Source of the DNA: Chiloscyllium plagiosum
Lineage: Eukaryota
Assembly (NCBI RefSeq): GCF_004010195.1
Contig: NC_057718.1
Location: forward strand, 91,265,916 to 91,329,915
Direction: 5' to 3'
DNA length: 64,000 bases
This document shows, one piece after another, positions 49,165 through 61,756 of this stretch. The position numbers and the translations under genes were made by a program. Every line of letters begins with the position of its first letter. Position 1 is the stretch's first letter. The notes under the pieces were generated by a model that saw only the letters and a program-made list of their open reading frames with translations, had not been told where the DNA came from and searched no databases.

Positions 49165-51752
49165 TTGCACCGCACAGCAATCAACAGACAGGAGTGTTCC
49201 CTCCCAATCAGAGAACACTTCAGCAGTCTGGGACATTGACTTTTGGGTGACCGTCCTCCAAGGTGGACTTTGGGACAGGCAACAACACAAAGTGGCCGAG
49301 CAGAGGCTGTTAGCCAAGTTCGGTACCCATGGGGTTCATGTCACACTACAGGTGACCCCACTACACTATACTCTCTCTCTCACTCTCACACACACTCCTA
49401 CAGACCTATACACTCACACAGACCCTCTCTCATATGCTCACACATACACACACACTCACACCTACACGCGCACCATCTCACAGACTTATACCCCTTTACA
49501 CTCACACACTCTCTCACAGACACTCATACCCCTACCCATATACACACACCCACATGCACACACACGCATAAAGGTTTGTGGGGTGAATTTATATTTATTT
49601 TGCTCAAAAACTGCATGAATCCATGTAAGATCGTGTAAATCCCTTTTTTAGAAGTAGAATCAGTCTGAACATTGGGGCATAGACACCCTCACATGGGGAT
49701 TAGATCAGAATGGTACTGGAAAAGCAAAGCAGGTCAGGCAGCAATAGGTGAATGGGGGTGGGGATGGAGGTGATGGGTCAGAGGAGAGGGTGAAGCAGAT
49801 AGGTGGAAAGGGAGATTCGTAGATCGGACAGGTCATGTGGACAGTGCTGAGCTGGAAGGTTGGAACTGGGGGAAGGTGGAGGGAACAGAAATGAGGAAAC
49901 TGGTGAAGTGCGCTTTGGTGCCCTGGGGTTGAAGTGTTCCAAGGCGGAAGATGAGGCGTGCTTCCACCAGGCATCGAGTGGTGAGGAAGCGGCGGTGGAG
50001 GAGGCCCAGGACCTGCATGTCCTCGGCAGAGTGGGAGGGGGAGTTGAAATGTTGGGCCACTGGGCGGTGTGGTTGATTGGTGCGGGTGTCCTGGAGATGT
50101 TCCCTGAAGCGCTCTGCGAGGAGGTGTCCAGTCTCCCCAATGTAGAGGAGACTGCATCGGGAGCAACGGATACAATAAATGACATTGGTGGATGTGCAGG
50201 TGAAATTCGTTTGGCTGAACTGGTCCTCACCCTTAACAATTTCTCCTTCAAATCCTCCCACTTCCTCCAGACCAAAGGGGTAGCCATGGGCACCCGTATG
50301 GGCCCCAGCTATACCTGTCTCTTTGTCGTCTACGTTTCCACACCGTAAGTAATCTAATCTAATATACCTAGATTACACCTCTTCCCACCCCACCTCCTGC
50401 AAAAATGCCATCCCATATTCCCAATTCCTCTGCCTCTTCCATTTCTGCTCCCAGGAGGACCAGTTCAACCACAGAACACACCAGATGGCCTTCTTCTTTA
50501 GAGATCGCAATTTCCCTTCTCACGTGGTTGAAGATGCCCTCCAACGCGTCTCATCTCATCACCCGCACCTCTGCCCTCAAACCCCACCCTTCCAACCGTA
50601 ACAAGGACAGAACCCCCCCGGTCCTCACTTTCCACCCTACCAAACTTCGCATTAACCATATCATCCGCCGACATTTCCGCCACCATCAAACGGACCCCAC
50701 CACCAGGGATATATTTCCCTCCCCACCCCTTTCCATTTTCCGCAAAAACCGTTCCCTCCGTGATTACCTGGTCAGGTCCACGCCCCCCAAAAAACCACCC
50801 GCCCGTCCTAACACCCTCCCCTGCCACCGCAGGAATTACAGTCTGCGCTCACACCTTTTCCCTCAGCACCATCCAAGGCCCCAAAGGAGCCTTCCACATT
50901 CATCAAAGTTCCACCTGCACATCCACCAATGTCATTTATTGTATCCGTTGCTCCCGATGCGGTCTCCTTTACATTGGGGAGACTGGACGCCTCCTCGCAG
51001 AGCGCTTCAGGGAACATCTCCAGGACACCCGCACTAATCAACCACACCCTCCCACTCTGCCGAGGACATGCAGGTCCTGGGCCTCCTCCACCGCCGCTCC
51101 CTCACCACCCGATGCCTGGAGGAAGAACGCTTCATCTTCCACCTCAGAACACTTCAACCCCAGGGCATTAAAGTGGACTTCACCAGTTTCCTCATTTCCA
51201 CTCCTGCCATCTTACCCCAGTTCCAACCTTCCAGCTCAGCACTGTCCTCATGACNNNNNNNCTCTATTCTTGATGAAGGGCTTTTGCCCAAAATGTCGAT
51301 TTTCCTGCTCCTCAGATGCTGCCTGACCTGCTGTGCTTTTCCAGCACCAATCTGATCTAAACTCTGGTTTGCAGCATCTGCAGTCCTCACTTTTGCCTAC
51401 CCTCACATGGGTCACCTCATACTTTCATTGCATTATCTGGGCTAACATGTCACCTATTGTTAAAGTTCACTTGAGAATATAACTTTCTAAAAGAATTCTG
51501 GGATTTATATATGAAAGAATTGAAACCAACATGGTCATTCGAAAAGATGAGAGACTTACCAAGTAATCCAGGTGTTTTTCAATATATAATTTCAGTTGCA
51601 TCACACTGTAAACCCTTGCTATACATTCTATGTCTTAGAATCTTATACCCTACAACCACCTGATGAAGGAGCAGTGCTCCAAAAGCTATGCTTCCAAATA
51701 AACCTGTTGGACTATAACCTGGTGTTGTGTGATTTTTAACTTTGTACATCCC
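49165..51752 (+). mobile_element. PLE family 2: GIY-YIG C-terminus, CA-rich tract (~49370-49570) and terminal region, split by the family-1 insertion
   Basis: LPIREHFSSLGH and VTVLQGGLWDRQQHKVAEQRLLAKFGTH. Resumes at 51412 and ends with CTGATGAAGGAGCAGTGCTCCAAAAGCTA...GGTGTTGTGTGATTTTTAAC. Confidence 0.8.
49698..51398 (+). mobile_element. PLE family 1: inverted GIY-YIG/terminal copy (49698-~50203, minus) followed by RT fragment, GIY-YIG and pLTR (plus)
   Basis: LNNFSF...QTKGVAMGTRMGPSY, LDYTSSHP...NAIPYSQF, NVIYCIRCSRCGLLYIGETGRLLAERFREH. 13-bp TSD ACCCTCACATGGG; N-run at 51255-51261. Confidence 0.92.
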
Positions 51753-53109
51753 ATCAATGGTGGACTCTCTGTCACTTCACCTCCCAATCATGGTTTCTCA
51801 GCCCTCCCCCCCCAATTTTGAACTCTTTTTTCCCCCTCAACCCCTACCAGTTGTGGTTTCTCTTTCACCTCTTCTGATCACAGCTCTCTCTTACCTTTCT
51901 CTATAAATTGCAGCTTCTTGTTAATTGTGGCTTTCCTCTCATTGCCCTTCAAGACCCTTTCTGATTGTGATATCTCTTGTTCCCACCACTGATCGTTGAT
52001 TTCTTCTCTGAGTCCCCATTTAATGTCCCTTATCCTGACCTCCCAATCACAGATTCCTTGAATTATAGTTAATGACACCAGTATGATAGGTAGCACAGAG
52101 TCAGTGACTTCATTTTGGGGCCTTCAGTTCAGTTGCATACCACCTGAAAAATGGACACATCTAATGGCTCAGGCATGATACCCTTGTCATATTATGTACT
52201 CTCATTGAATATATTCTCTTCATAATATGGTTTTTAATTTTTTGGTTATTAGAATCAGTTTTAAGGAGAGCTGATAATTACCTTTTAAATATAGTTTTGA
52301 AAGAATACATAGTTCTCAGATGGAATTAACCAAAGGAAAGAGTGTGAATGAAATGAAAAGTGTATAAACACCTATAGAAAGTCTAAATAAATTGAATGAT
52401 GCACAAAGCAAGGAATAAAAGGGAATTTTGTAAAACCAAAACAAGATCATTCAGATCTTATCAGAATCCAATCTGATTTCTTTTTTGAGTGCCATGCTCA
52501 GTACGTTGTGCTAATGGGCCCTTGAAATAAGGTGTGCTGTGGGGCTAACCACCTAATCCTAAACTCTCTGAGGTCAATTACTGTATGCCTTGCTGAAATG
52601 CAAGCAACAGTGATTACTGAAGCATGACAGGTGAGCTCTTCAGGGACCTACATGTGCTTGAAATCACCATATTCTATTCCTCAATCTATTGTATTTTGTT
52701 TAAATTGTCCATGGGGAAAGAAATGCTGAAGTGTCATTTTTTTTATTCAGAAGCAACATGTTAAAATTACAAATGACTATACTTTTGATAAATATGAGGA
52801 ATAATATAAATTACAATGCAAATTTATGAAGCACATCAGCATTAAAAGTGCAAAGGGATTTTGTATGATAGGCATAAAGTTTAATTCGATAAATTTAGTG
52901 TGATATTATTGATTACTGTATGTAAACATCATTATGCATGAACAAAACTTGATTTCCCTGAGAGTAACTGAGAGTGCCAAGATGGAAGCAAGACTGAGAA
53001 AATAAAGCATAAAGTGAAAATTGTTATAGTGCCAGCAGCGTAGTGTGTTCTGATTTATTCTTATATATCAAAATAGCATCAAATAGAAAAAAAAATTAAT
53101 TCTGTTTCA

Positions 53110-54590
53110 GTTGGTGGTGAGCCAGCTTCTTGAATCTCTGCAGCCCATCTTATGTAGGTGGATGTTCCAAGATTTTGACCTAATGTCAGTCAAAGAATGG
53201 CAATTTAGTTCCAAGGAAGGATGGAATGTGGCTTGGAGGACAACTTGCTGGTGATGGTGCTCCCATGCATCTGCTGCCCTTGTCCTTCTTGGTATGTAGG
53301 TGTTGCTGATTTGAAAGGAACTGCTGCTGATATCACCTTGGTAATTTGCTTCAGTGCATGTTATGTACTGCTGCTACAGTGCATCAGTGATGAAAGGAGT
53401 GAATGTTGAATATAGTGGATGGAGAGCTGATCAAGTGGGATTCTTTGGCGAGATAGTGTCAAGCTTTTTGAGTGGCTGTGGAGCTGCATCTGTTCAGGCA
53501 AATGAGGAGTATTCCATCTCAGTCCTGACTTTGTGCCATGTAAATGCTGGACAGGCTTTGGTGAGTCAGGAGATGAGTTGCTCACCACAGAATTCCAAGC
53601 CTCAAATATACTCTTTTAATCAGTATTTATATGGCTGGTACAATTTATTTTCTAGTCAATGGTAACCCCCCCCAAGAATATTAATAATGGGGATTTGATG
53701 ATGGTAAGCCACTTAATATTGAGAGATATTAGTTAGATTCCTTCTTGTTTGAGATGGTCATTGTATGGTATAAATATTACTTGCCATCCATCAGCCCAAG
53801 CTTGGCTTTTGTCCAGGTCTTACTACATATCGACATGATTGTTTCAGTGTCCAAGAAGACATACATGATGCTGACAAATTATACAGTAATCCATAAAACA
53901 TCTGTAAAACTTCTGAACTTATGATGGAGGGAATGTCATAGATAAAGCAGCTGAAGATTATTGGGCCTAGTACATTATCTTGAGGAACTCCTGAAGAGAT
54001 TTTCTGGAACTGACATGATTGTCCTCCAGTATTCACTATGATCTTCCTCTCAGCCATGTATGGCTTCAACCATTGAAGAGTTTTCCCTGATTCTGATTGG
54101 CTCCAATTTGGCTCAGGTTTCTTAATACCATTCTCAGTCAGATGTCGACTGGTATCAAGGGCAGTTTCTCCACATCAGTTCTGGAGTTCACCTCTTCTGT
54201 CCATATTTGTAACAAGCTTGCAATAAAGTCAGGACCTGGCAGAATCCAAGCTGAGCATCAGTGAAAAGACTATTGCTGAGTATTTGCTGTTTGGGAGCCA
54301 TTGATGATTCCTTGCAGCATTTATGATTGGGAGTAAACTGATGTGGGTTGAATTTGTTCTGCTTTTTGTGCACAGGACATACCTGGCAAATTTCCACATT
54401 CCCAGGTTGTAGCTGTATTGGAACAGTCTGGCTAGGGATGCAGCAAGTTCTGGAGTAAACATGTTTAGTAATATTTCTGAAATATTGTCAGAGCCCATAG
54501 TCTTTGCAGTATCTAATACTTTTAAACATTTTTTGATGTCACGAGGAGTGAATTAAGCAGGCTGACTATTGACATCTACCATACTGGAGA
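53110..54590 (-). mobile_element. Old copy of the CR1/L2-group LINE
   Basis: GVPQDNVLGPIIFSCFIYD, ELAASLARLFQYS, QVCPVHKK; colinear with 17990-19500. Confidence 0.82.
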
Positions 54591-54844
54591 TCTTAGAAAA
54601 AGGAGAATGGATCCAGTCAACTTGACTTAATCAGTTATGTTCCAATTTTTAAGAGCTTAAACCAAGCATAAAGGAGTGACATGTAATCCAGGCTAATGCA
54701 TATACTCATTTATCATGCCATAGACATCCCAATGCACAATATATGTTTCTACATTACTGGTGCTGTACCATGGATCTTCAAGTATTATTAATGTTATATT
54801 AGCAACATCATTGGTTTGTACTAGCTGTCACATGAGCTCTAAGA

Positions 54845-55185
54845 ATCATAATCTCTATAGTGTGAAAGCAGGCCATGAAGCCCTCCAAAGAGCATCCCAC
54901 GCAGACTCACTCCCCCCTACCCTATCTCTATAACCCTGTATTTCCCATGACTAATCCATCCAGCCTGCACATCCCTGGATACTGTAAGCAATTTAACATG
55001 GCCAATCCACCTAACCTGCACATCTTTGGACTGTGGGAGGAAAACCTGAGCACCTGGATGAAATCCACATAGACATCGAGAGAATGTGCAAACTCCACAC
55101 AGTCAGTCACCCAAGGGTGGAATCAAATCTTGGTCCCTGGCACTGTGAAGCAACTGTGCTAACAACTGAGACACCGTGCTGCCCA
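54845..55185 (-). mobile_element. HE1/V-SINE
   Basis: Homology to the other copies. Confidence 0.88.
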
Positions 55186-57276
55186 TCTTAGAATTGTCAT
55201 TTTTTAGTAGTGAATATTACATAAATTTTAACATGTATATTTTATTGTGTAAAACATACAATTCAACTTGCAAAAAAAGTGATGTATCTGTCTATATATA
55301 CCCATACATCATGCAATATCAAAGAATAAAGTGTATAGCTTGATGGAGATGTTAACAGAGATCAATTTGGGGGAAACCACAATCTGAAATACAAAGTGAA
55401 AGGATTCGCATGAAAGGACAAAATGATTTGCCCTTAGAGTGATAAAAATTATGGTCCACATTTTATGGTCAGTTGTGAAGGAGTGGTTCTCGCTCTTCAC
55501 CTCGCTGACATTTACATACGGTTCTCTCAGGTTTTTGAGCAGACAGAGCTCAAATCCAGACCTGAATTTATACTCATAAGGCCAGGTGCGCAGAGCATCT
55601 GCAGGTGGTGGGCAGGATAAGGGGAGGGCATTCCACACCTGCCCTCCCCTTATCCTGAAAGAACATCTCACCATTTAGGCCAATTTTCTGTGCGCACCTA
55701 ACCTTGTGAGTGAAAATTGAAGCCTGGATTTGAGCATGTGTCCATTCAAAAGTCTGAGTCAGTAGGATAGCATATTTCTTAATGCTAAAAAATGCTAATC
55801 AATCAGATGGGTATTTACAGTGATCAATGATGTTTTCATGGTCATCATTACTGAAACCAGCTTTAAATTCTAGATTTATTAATTGAATTGAAATTTCACG
55901 ATCACCCATGGTGGGATCTGAAACCACATCCCCAGAGCATTAAACTGGGTGAAGAGTGCAGTAACATTACTACTGCACTTCCATCCCTCTATTTTACTGT
56001 CAGAGATACAAGCACACAAGCTTCTTTTTAGTTTACAAAAATGTGGGGATTTATGTAACCTATGAGGCGTCAGTTGTATACACATTATCCATTCTTCAAG
56101 AGCATTTAAGTCTATTGTAAAGATTTGTGACACCGACACCATAGGATAAAGCCCTTTGCTCCAGCAATAAGGGAGACTGTTTGAGTTTAGCAATTGGATT
56201 AAATTACCATGCTGAGTTTGGGTTTCCTGCATGCTTGAGTCTCTTCCCACCCGCAGTGCTCCATCTCGTATCCACCCCAGCGAAATTTGCTTTTGCTGGA
56301 TATTGACTTCAGGAAGTGGGGTCTGTCTGCCATTATACACTGACTACATGACAATTCTGACCCCACATCCTCACCTAATGCACTGCCATCTAAAATGGAT
56401 CTGTAATAACTATTTTGATTTACAGTTTGAAGTTTTGATATGTTTTCATATGTTTAAATGAGCAGCTGTTCATTATTGACCAAAGTGTGGTAGAGAAATA
56501 CAAGTAGAATGTTTCAAATTTATGTCCTTTAAAAAAAGTCTTAAGTTTTCTTTGTAAATTTTCATTTGTAAGTTAGTTTCTTCTTCAACAGTTTCTGAGC
56601 TTTACTTTTATTTCTTGGCTACTCAATTTCCCCACAATTAACATCTATTTTAGAATTACCTTTTTTTCTGAGTTTTTCCTTCTTTACTTTATTTCTGAGA
56701 GATGTTCTCCATTCTGATTAAAAAATACTGGGACTCTGAGAAATATCAAACAGGGTCATCTTTATTTCCTCAGTCATTTGTTACTAAATTATTTAGGCAC
56801 CCTTTCAGTTATTTACTGGACCCAGTCTGTAAATTACTTTTCTCGATATGCCAATTATTTATGAATTGATTCTTTGATTGTTAAGGGTCAACCATGCCTA
56901 TTAAACAGTTTGTAGGTTGTTTAATGATAAATTAGATTTTTGGAGCTATTGGTGTGTTAAGCCCTTGATAAATATTATAATGAGTACATAAGGAAAGAAT
57001 GAAATTGCAATTATATGGCAACTTCCTGGAATAGTCCAAAGCGCTTTATAGTAAATAAAGTGTTTTTAGAATGTAGTTACTGTTGTAAATTGCAAAAGTC
57101 ATGACAGTCAATATGTGCACAGCACAATTCCATAAACAGCCCTGAAATAAATGGTCACTTTTGTGGTGGTTATCAAGAGTAATCAAATGCTGGTAAGGAC
57201 AGTGGGGGAATTCTGCTGTTATCTTTAAAATAATGCCATGGAATCTATTATATCTACATAATTTGGTGAAAACCTG

Positions 57277-57478
57277 GGAGAAAGTGAGGACTGCAGATGC
57301 TGGAATCAGATTACGAAAGTGTGGTGCTGGAAAAGCACAGCTGGTCAGGCAGTATCCAAGGATCGGGAGAGTCAACATTTCGAGCATAAGCTGATGAAGA
57401 GCTTATGCTTGAAACGTCGACTCTCCTACTCCTCAGATGCTGCCTGACTGGCTGTGATTTTCCAACACCACACTTTTT
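57277..57478. mobile_element. PLE family 1 fold-back (palindromic) mini-insertion
   Basis: ~75-bp inverted arms meeting at ~57392-57398. Hammerhead core CTGATGAA-GAGC-TTAT-GCTT-GAAACGTC at 57391-57418; imperfect flanking repeat ATAATTTGG..AAAAC. Confidence 0.82.
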
Positions 57479-58896
57479 GAATAATTTGGCAAAACACAGG
57501 GGAACACTACAACACCACAAACAATGTCCCATAAATGATCTGCTTTTGTGATGTTGCTTTCAGAAGTGCTTGGCTGGCAGACTGCAGTGGGTGTGCGAGG
57601 GGTGAGGCGGTGAGTGTCTTGGTTGAGAGTCGGGGGATGAGATTTAAGATGGATATGAACTTTTAGGGCACATGGGACCCCCAAACGAAGTTCCCCGCTC
57701 TTGCTTGAGGCAGGTCTGCATCAGAAACCAAGACACTCATGCCCCCCATTGGGGTTTGCCAACCAAACTCTGCTGAACTCCCAAATGTACTTTAAAGTAT
57801 AACTCTATTATCTTTGGTGGCCACTGGCTCTACTTCAAGCATTGGTTGGATTTTGAACTAATCTTATTAAAATAATCAGTAGTTCTTCAAGGCAAGACTT
57901 CTTCACCAGATTGGGACTAAAATTTTCCCCTGAGGGTAATTAACACTGCTAGCATATATTTGAGTATCCACTCAAGACATGAGCAGATTTTTCTTTTATT
58001 TCTCCCTCATGTGCTAATATAATCTCCCTTTAAATGTACCATTCTATTCAGTTCTATCCGTCTGACAGTGAGTTGTGCATATTCACCATTTTCTGAATTA
58101 AAATGTTTCTTCTGAATTTTTTGTTTAATTTCTTGGTGACTGTTTCATAATGCTGGCCTTGTTTGAAGTGACAGGTGTTAATAATTGTCACAGATTGCAC
58201 ATAAAGGCACTGGCAGCAGCAATAGAAATCCAGCACAAACCAGCCGATAGACTTAAGCACAATTTCTCCAAACGTCTGCCTTTTCATGAAAACAATGCAT
58301 TTGAGTTCGCATTTATAAGTTACACAAGTTATCCAGTATAAATTGTCACATTCATTAATAAAACATTGTGTTAACTTCCTCCACAGTTGCAAGGAGCACT
58401 CCAGGTGTGGTCTGACCAATGTTAGAATTTGGTCGGAAGAGTGAGGAAAGATAATGTAAAATAAAATGTATCAGTCTAAATAAGATGCAGAAGCAAAATG
58501 ATCAGGAGGTGTATATGCACAAAATGAAGTTTGAGAAAACAAATACAATAATAAGAAATCCTGTGCTTGGTAAGTGGAGGCATAAAGCACTGTAAACCAT
58601 TATAAAACACTGACTTGGCTTCAACTGAAATATTGAGTCAAAGTTTGGGTACTGCCCATCAGAAACATTAGAAGACATTGGAGAAGTTGCAGAAAATATT
58701 TGCACAACTAGTTCCAAAAATGAAGGAATTCAGTTACTGTGTTAGATTAACAAAGCTAGTGCTGTTCTCTTTTGAGAAGATGATATTAATAACAGTTTTG
58801 GTGGAGCTGTTTAACATCATGAGGAGGCTGAACAGAGTAGATAGGGAGAAACTGTTCTCATTTGCAGATGGGTTGAAAACTAAAATGCCTTAACAG

Positions 58897-59150
58897 GGCT
58901 GTATGGTGGCTCTATGGTCAACACTGCTGCCTCACAGTGCCAGGGACCCAGGTTTGAAACCACCCTAGGGGGGATTGTGTGGAATTTTCACGTTCTCCCT
59001 TTGTCTGTGTGGGTTTCCTCCCACAGTCCAAAGATGTGCAGGGTCGGTAGATTAGCCATGGGGAATGGTTCGGTGGGATGCTCTTCATAGGGTCAGTGTG
59101 CACTTGATGGGCTGAATGATCTGCTTCCACGCTGTAGCGATTCTATGATT
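58897..59150 (+). mobile_element. HE1/V-SINE (diverged, internally deleted)
   Basis: CACTGCTGCCTCACAGTGCCAGGGACCCAGG and GGTTTCCTCCCACAGTCCAAAGATGTGCAGG. Confidence 0.85.
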
Positions 59151-59159
59151 TGAAGTGAT

Positions 59160-59605
59160 TAGCTCAATAGTGACAATAGATATTGGATTTTGCTGAAAAT
59201 AACAAATTTAAGATTATTAGCCTAGGTTAACAATATGGTTCACTTACATATGCTAGAAGCTACATATTCACACACAGCACCCTGTCCTTTACAAACACAA
59301 AGAGCATACCCATACATTGCACTTTTCAACTAAACAAAAGCTTGAGGGACAGCCATTCTTTGGTACTTTTTGATGCTTTGAATAATCAGAGTTGACTTGC
59401 CAGGATAGCTTAACAGTTAGCTGTTCCGTGTTGCATTTTCCATGGCAGTGTTTCTTCCATTCGGAGTTCACTTGCCAATCTCCCAATACCCTCTTCCCAT
59501 GCAATGTAAGTTGTTATTCCATTTAATATTTGGTATTCTTATAATTCTGCCCTGATGAGTACAAGCAGAAAAGATTTGACATCGCACACCTTTTTATTTG
59601 CAATA
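59160..59605 (+). mobile_element. Old PLE family 4 3' fragment (GIY-YIG C-terminus plus degenerate hammerhead)
   Basis: KFKIIS...HLHMLEATY.HTQHPVLYKHKEH (frameshifted). CTGATGAGT...GAAAAG at 59552-59573. Confidence 0.5.
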
Positions 59606-61132
59606 ATCTTAAATGCTTGTTTCCAAACTTGTCAAGACTGAAATGTTAAGCCAGTTTATGTAACATCTGATTGTAATATAAATGTAAACCAGATAATTGC
59701 AAAATTACACATGCTGGCTATGTTGTGTGCTGAGTCTTGGTTATAGATTTAATGTACAATATGTAAATATTGTAGTTAAACTGATATAGTTAGATTGTGC
59801 TTCAAGAATTACAGTTTTCTGCATTTTCATTCAGGGAAGTTAGTCTAGCACAACTGAAATAGTGAGTTCAGGTTCAGAAACTGTTTAATGGTTGGTGGAT
59901 TGTCTGAACATGAGTTTTTAGATAATTGCTTTCTGAAATTATGATTTGATTCCCAATTTAGTTTTCAATTTATTGGTGAATTGCTTATAATCCCTTTCCA
60001 TTTAATCAAAATGGACAATTTTTAAATTGGTGGTTGAAATCTTGTTTACTTTTCCCCTTTTGCCTTATTTGTTTACAATGAACATTTATAATTGCTAGTT
60101 TTATTTTATTATTGGTGATACATGATCTCACAGAATGCTGTGCATTCTGTTGGATGACCGGCAGTTATTTACTGATTTATACCCTCAAACAAGTATAAGC
60201 TGCATGAAACATAGTCTTTTATTTCTCTCTTGAACGGCCATGATTCATTATTATAGTGAAATTATAATCTGTATCTATGAATGGATTTATGATTTTGATT
60301 TAAAGAATGAACAGCAATATTATTGTTTTCTATCAAGTGCACATCTGTTAAACTTCAAGTTGTCAGAAGTATTATAAACAAGGAAGTAAGACAGTCAGAT
60401 TTAGTTACTTTGAACGGAAAGTTTTAAACATCTTTCAATCTACATATTTGCAAATTTACAAATACCTCCAAATTTCATCACCTATCATAAATGACTTGTA
60501 ATTGATCTCAAATTGTTTCACTATTTGATTTTGCAGCCTGAAAATGGAAAGGCTGGATTATTGTTCCAACTGAATGAATAGAATGATAGATTGTTTATAT
60601 ATGTTATAATGCTCTTGCTGATATAAAATAGGATATAGTTGAGCTTGAACTCGCAAAACCACAAGACACCCATTACTTTATTCCTTTATTGTATTATTTT
60701 AATTACTTTATTAAAGATAATACCATTTTGCTGCATTACATCAGATGAATAGCACCAAGGTTTACTGATCAGAAGCTTCCAGACTGCACTTCTAGTCTCT
60801 GCGAATGCTGATGTCAGTAAAGTACAAAAGTTTGGTCCGGTTAGCGTCTTGCGATTTGGGTTATAGGAAGCTAAATTTTAATACGGTTACTGTGGAATGT
60901 ACTGAAAAGCATATATGAGTGCAGAAGGTCATATAATGATAAGATCATGCTTGATTCAGACTGTTAATATTAAAGAAGTCTGATGATATCTACTCTCACA
61001 TGTTCAAAATTTTGAATAAACAGTTGGACCAGGTATCTAATGAAATTTATCTCAGCAAGAAACAGAAGTTTCAGAAGATGAACTAAAGATAAAATTATAT
61101 ACTGTTAATGACTTCTATTTATGTTGTTTCAG

Positions 61133-61260
61133 CTAAAGTATGCTTTAAACCATATAAACCGAAAGTTGACCATGGAGCCAAAGCTGACCATCAATTCACA
61201 AATTGTAGTGGTTGGTGCTTCGGAGGTTGGGATCTCCTTCCTTGAAACATTGGTCTTCTG
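61133..61260 (+). CDS. CFAP61: CFAP61 internal coding exon (128 nt): LKYALNHINRKLTMEPKLTINSQIVVVGASEVGISFLETLVF(C)
   Basis: ttgtttcAG acceptor and GTAATA donor. Motifs YALNH.NRKLT.EPK and IVVVGAS.VGISFLETLVF; follows a ~20.4-kb intron. Confidence 0.95.
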
Positions 61261-61390
61261 GTAATATAATTCTGCATTTGTATAGTTTGTGATAGTTGTG
61301 CATAGAGTAACGGTGATGAAAATATGCTAATATGCCTAATGTGCCTTGAACTGTAAGAATATATCTTGAAGATTTTGTTAAACATTAGTA

Positions 61391-61756
61391 CAAGTGCACA
61401 ATCCTTTATACAAAATGCTCAGAACCACCTGGTTTTCAGAATTAAGAATTTTTTGAATTTCAGAATAAGTGACAGTTTGATGGTGAATTTAAAAAAAAGA
61501 TCTTACTGAAGAGCAGACTCACTATGAGTAAAATGGGCCCAGAGACAGAATTGAGGCCTGCCAGTGCTGGGCCACACACCCTCCCCCCCCCCCCCCCCCA
61601 CGTTGCATCTGAGTGAGATGCTTCGAGTGGATGTGGAGTTGGGTTAACTGTTTGCATGCCAAACAACCTTGTTAATGAGAAAAAAGCTTCACAAAATACC
61701 TTTGGAGTTTGGAGCTTTTTGGATTTCAGGATTTCGGATAAAGGGTTGCCTACCTG
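61391..61756. mobile_element. Tigger-type MITE
   Basis: TA TSDs. Imperfect TIRs CAAGTGCACAATCCTTTATACAAAAT and (reverse complement) CAGGTAGGCAACCCTTTATCCGAAAT; subterminal GGATTTC repeats. Confidence 0.75.

Noticed and set aside
48995..49618. 207-aa ORF
   Set aside because: Chance fusion of unassigned sequence, a PLE GIY-YIG fragment and a CA-rich low-complexity tract; not a gene.
51255..51261. N-run
   Set aside because: Assembly gap, not a biological feature; true length unknown.
50405..51326. Intact PLE polyprotein
   Set aside because: Frameshifted, lacks the YxDD segment and contains an N-run; not autonomous.
40722..61132. Additional CFAP61 exon in the 20-kb intron
   Set aside because: The flanking exons join in frame (QNK|LKYALNH), colinear with the vertebrate protein as I recall it, so no missing coding segment is needed.
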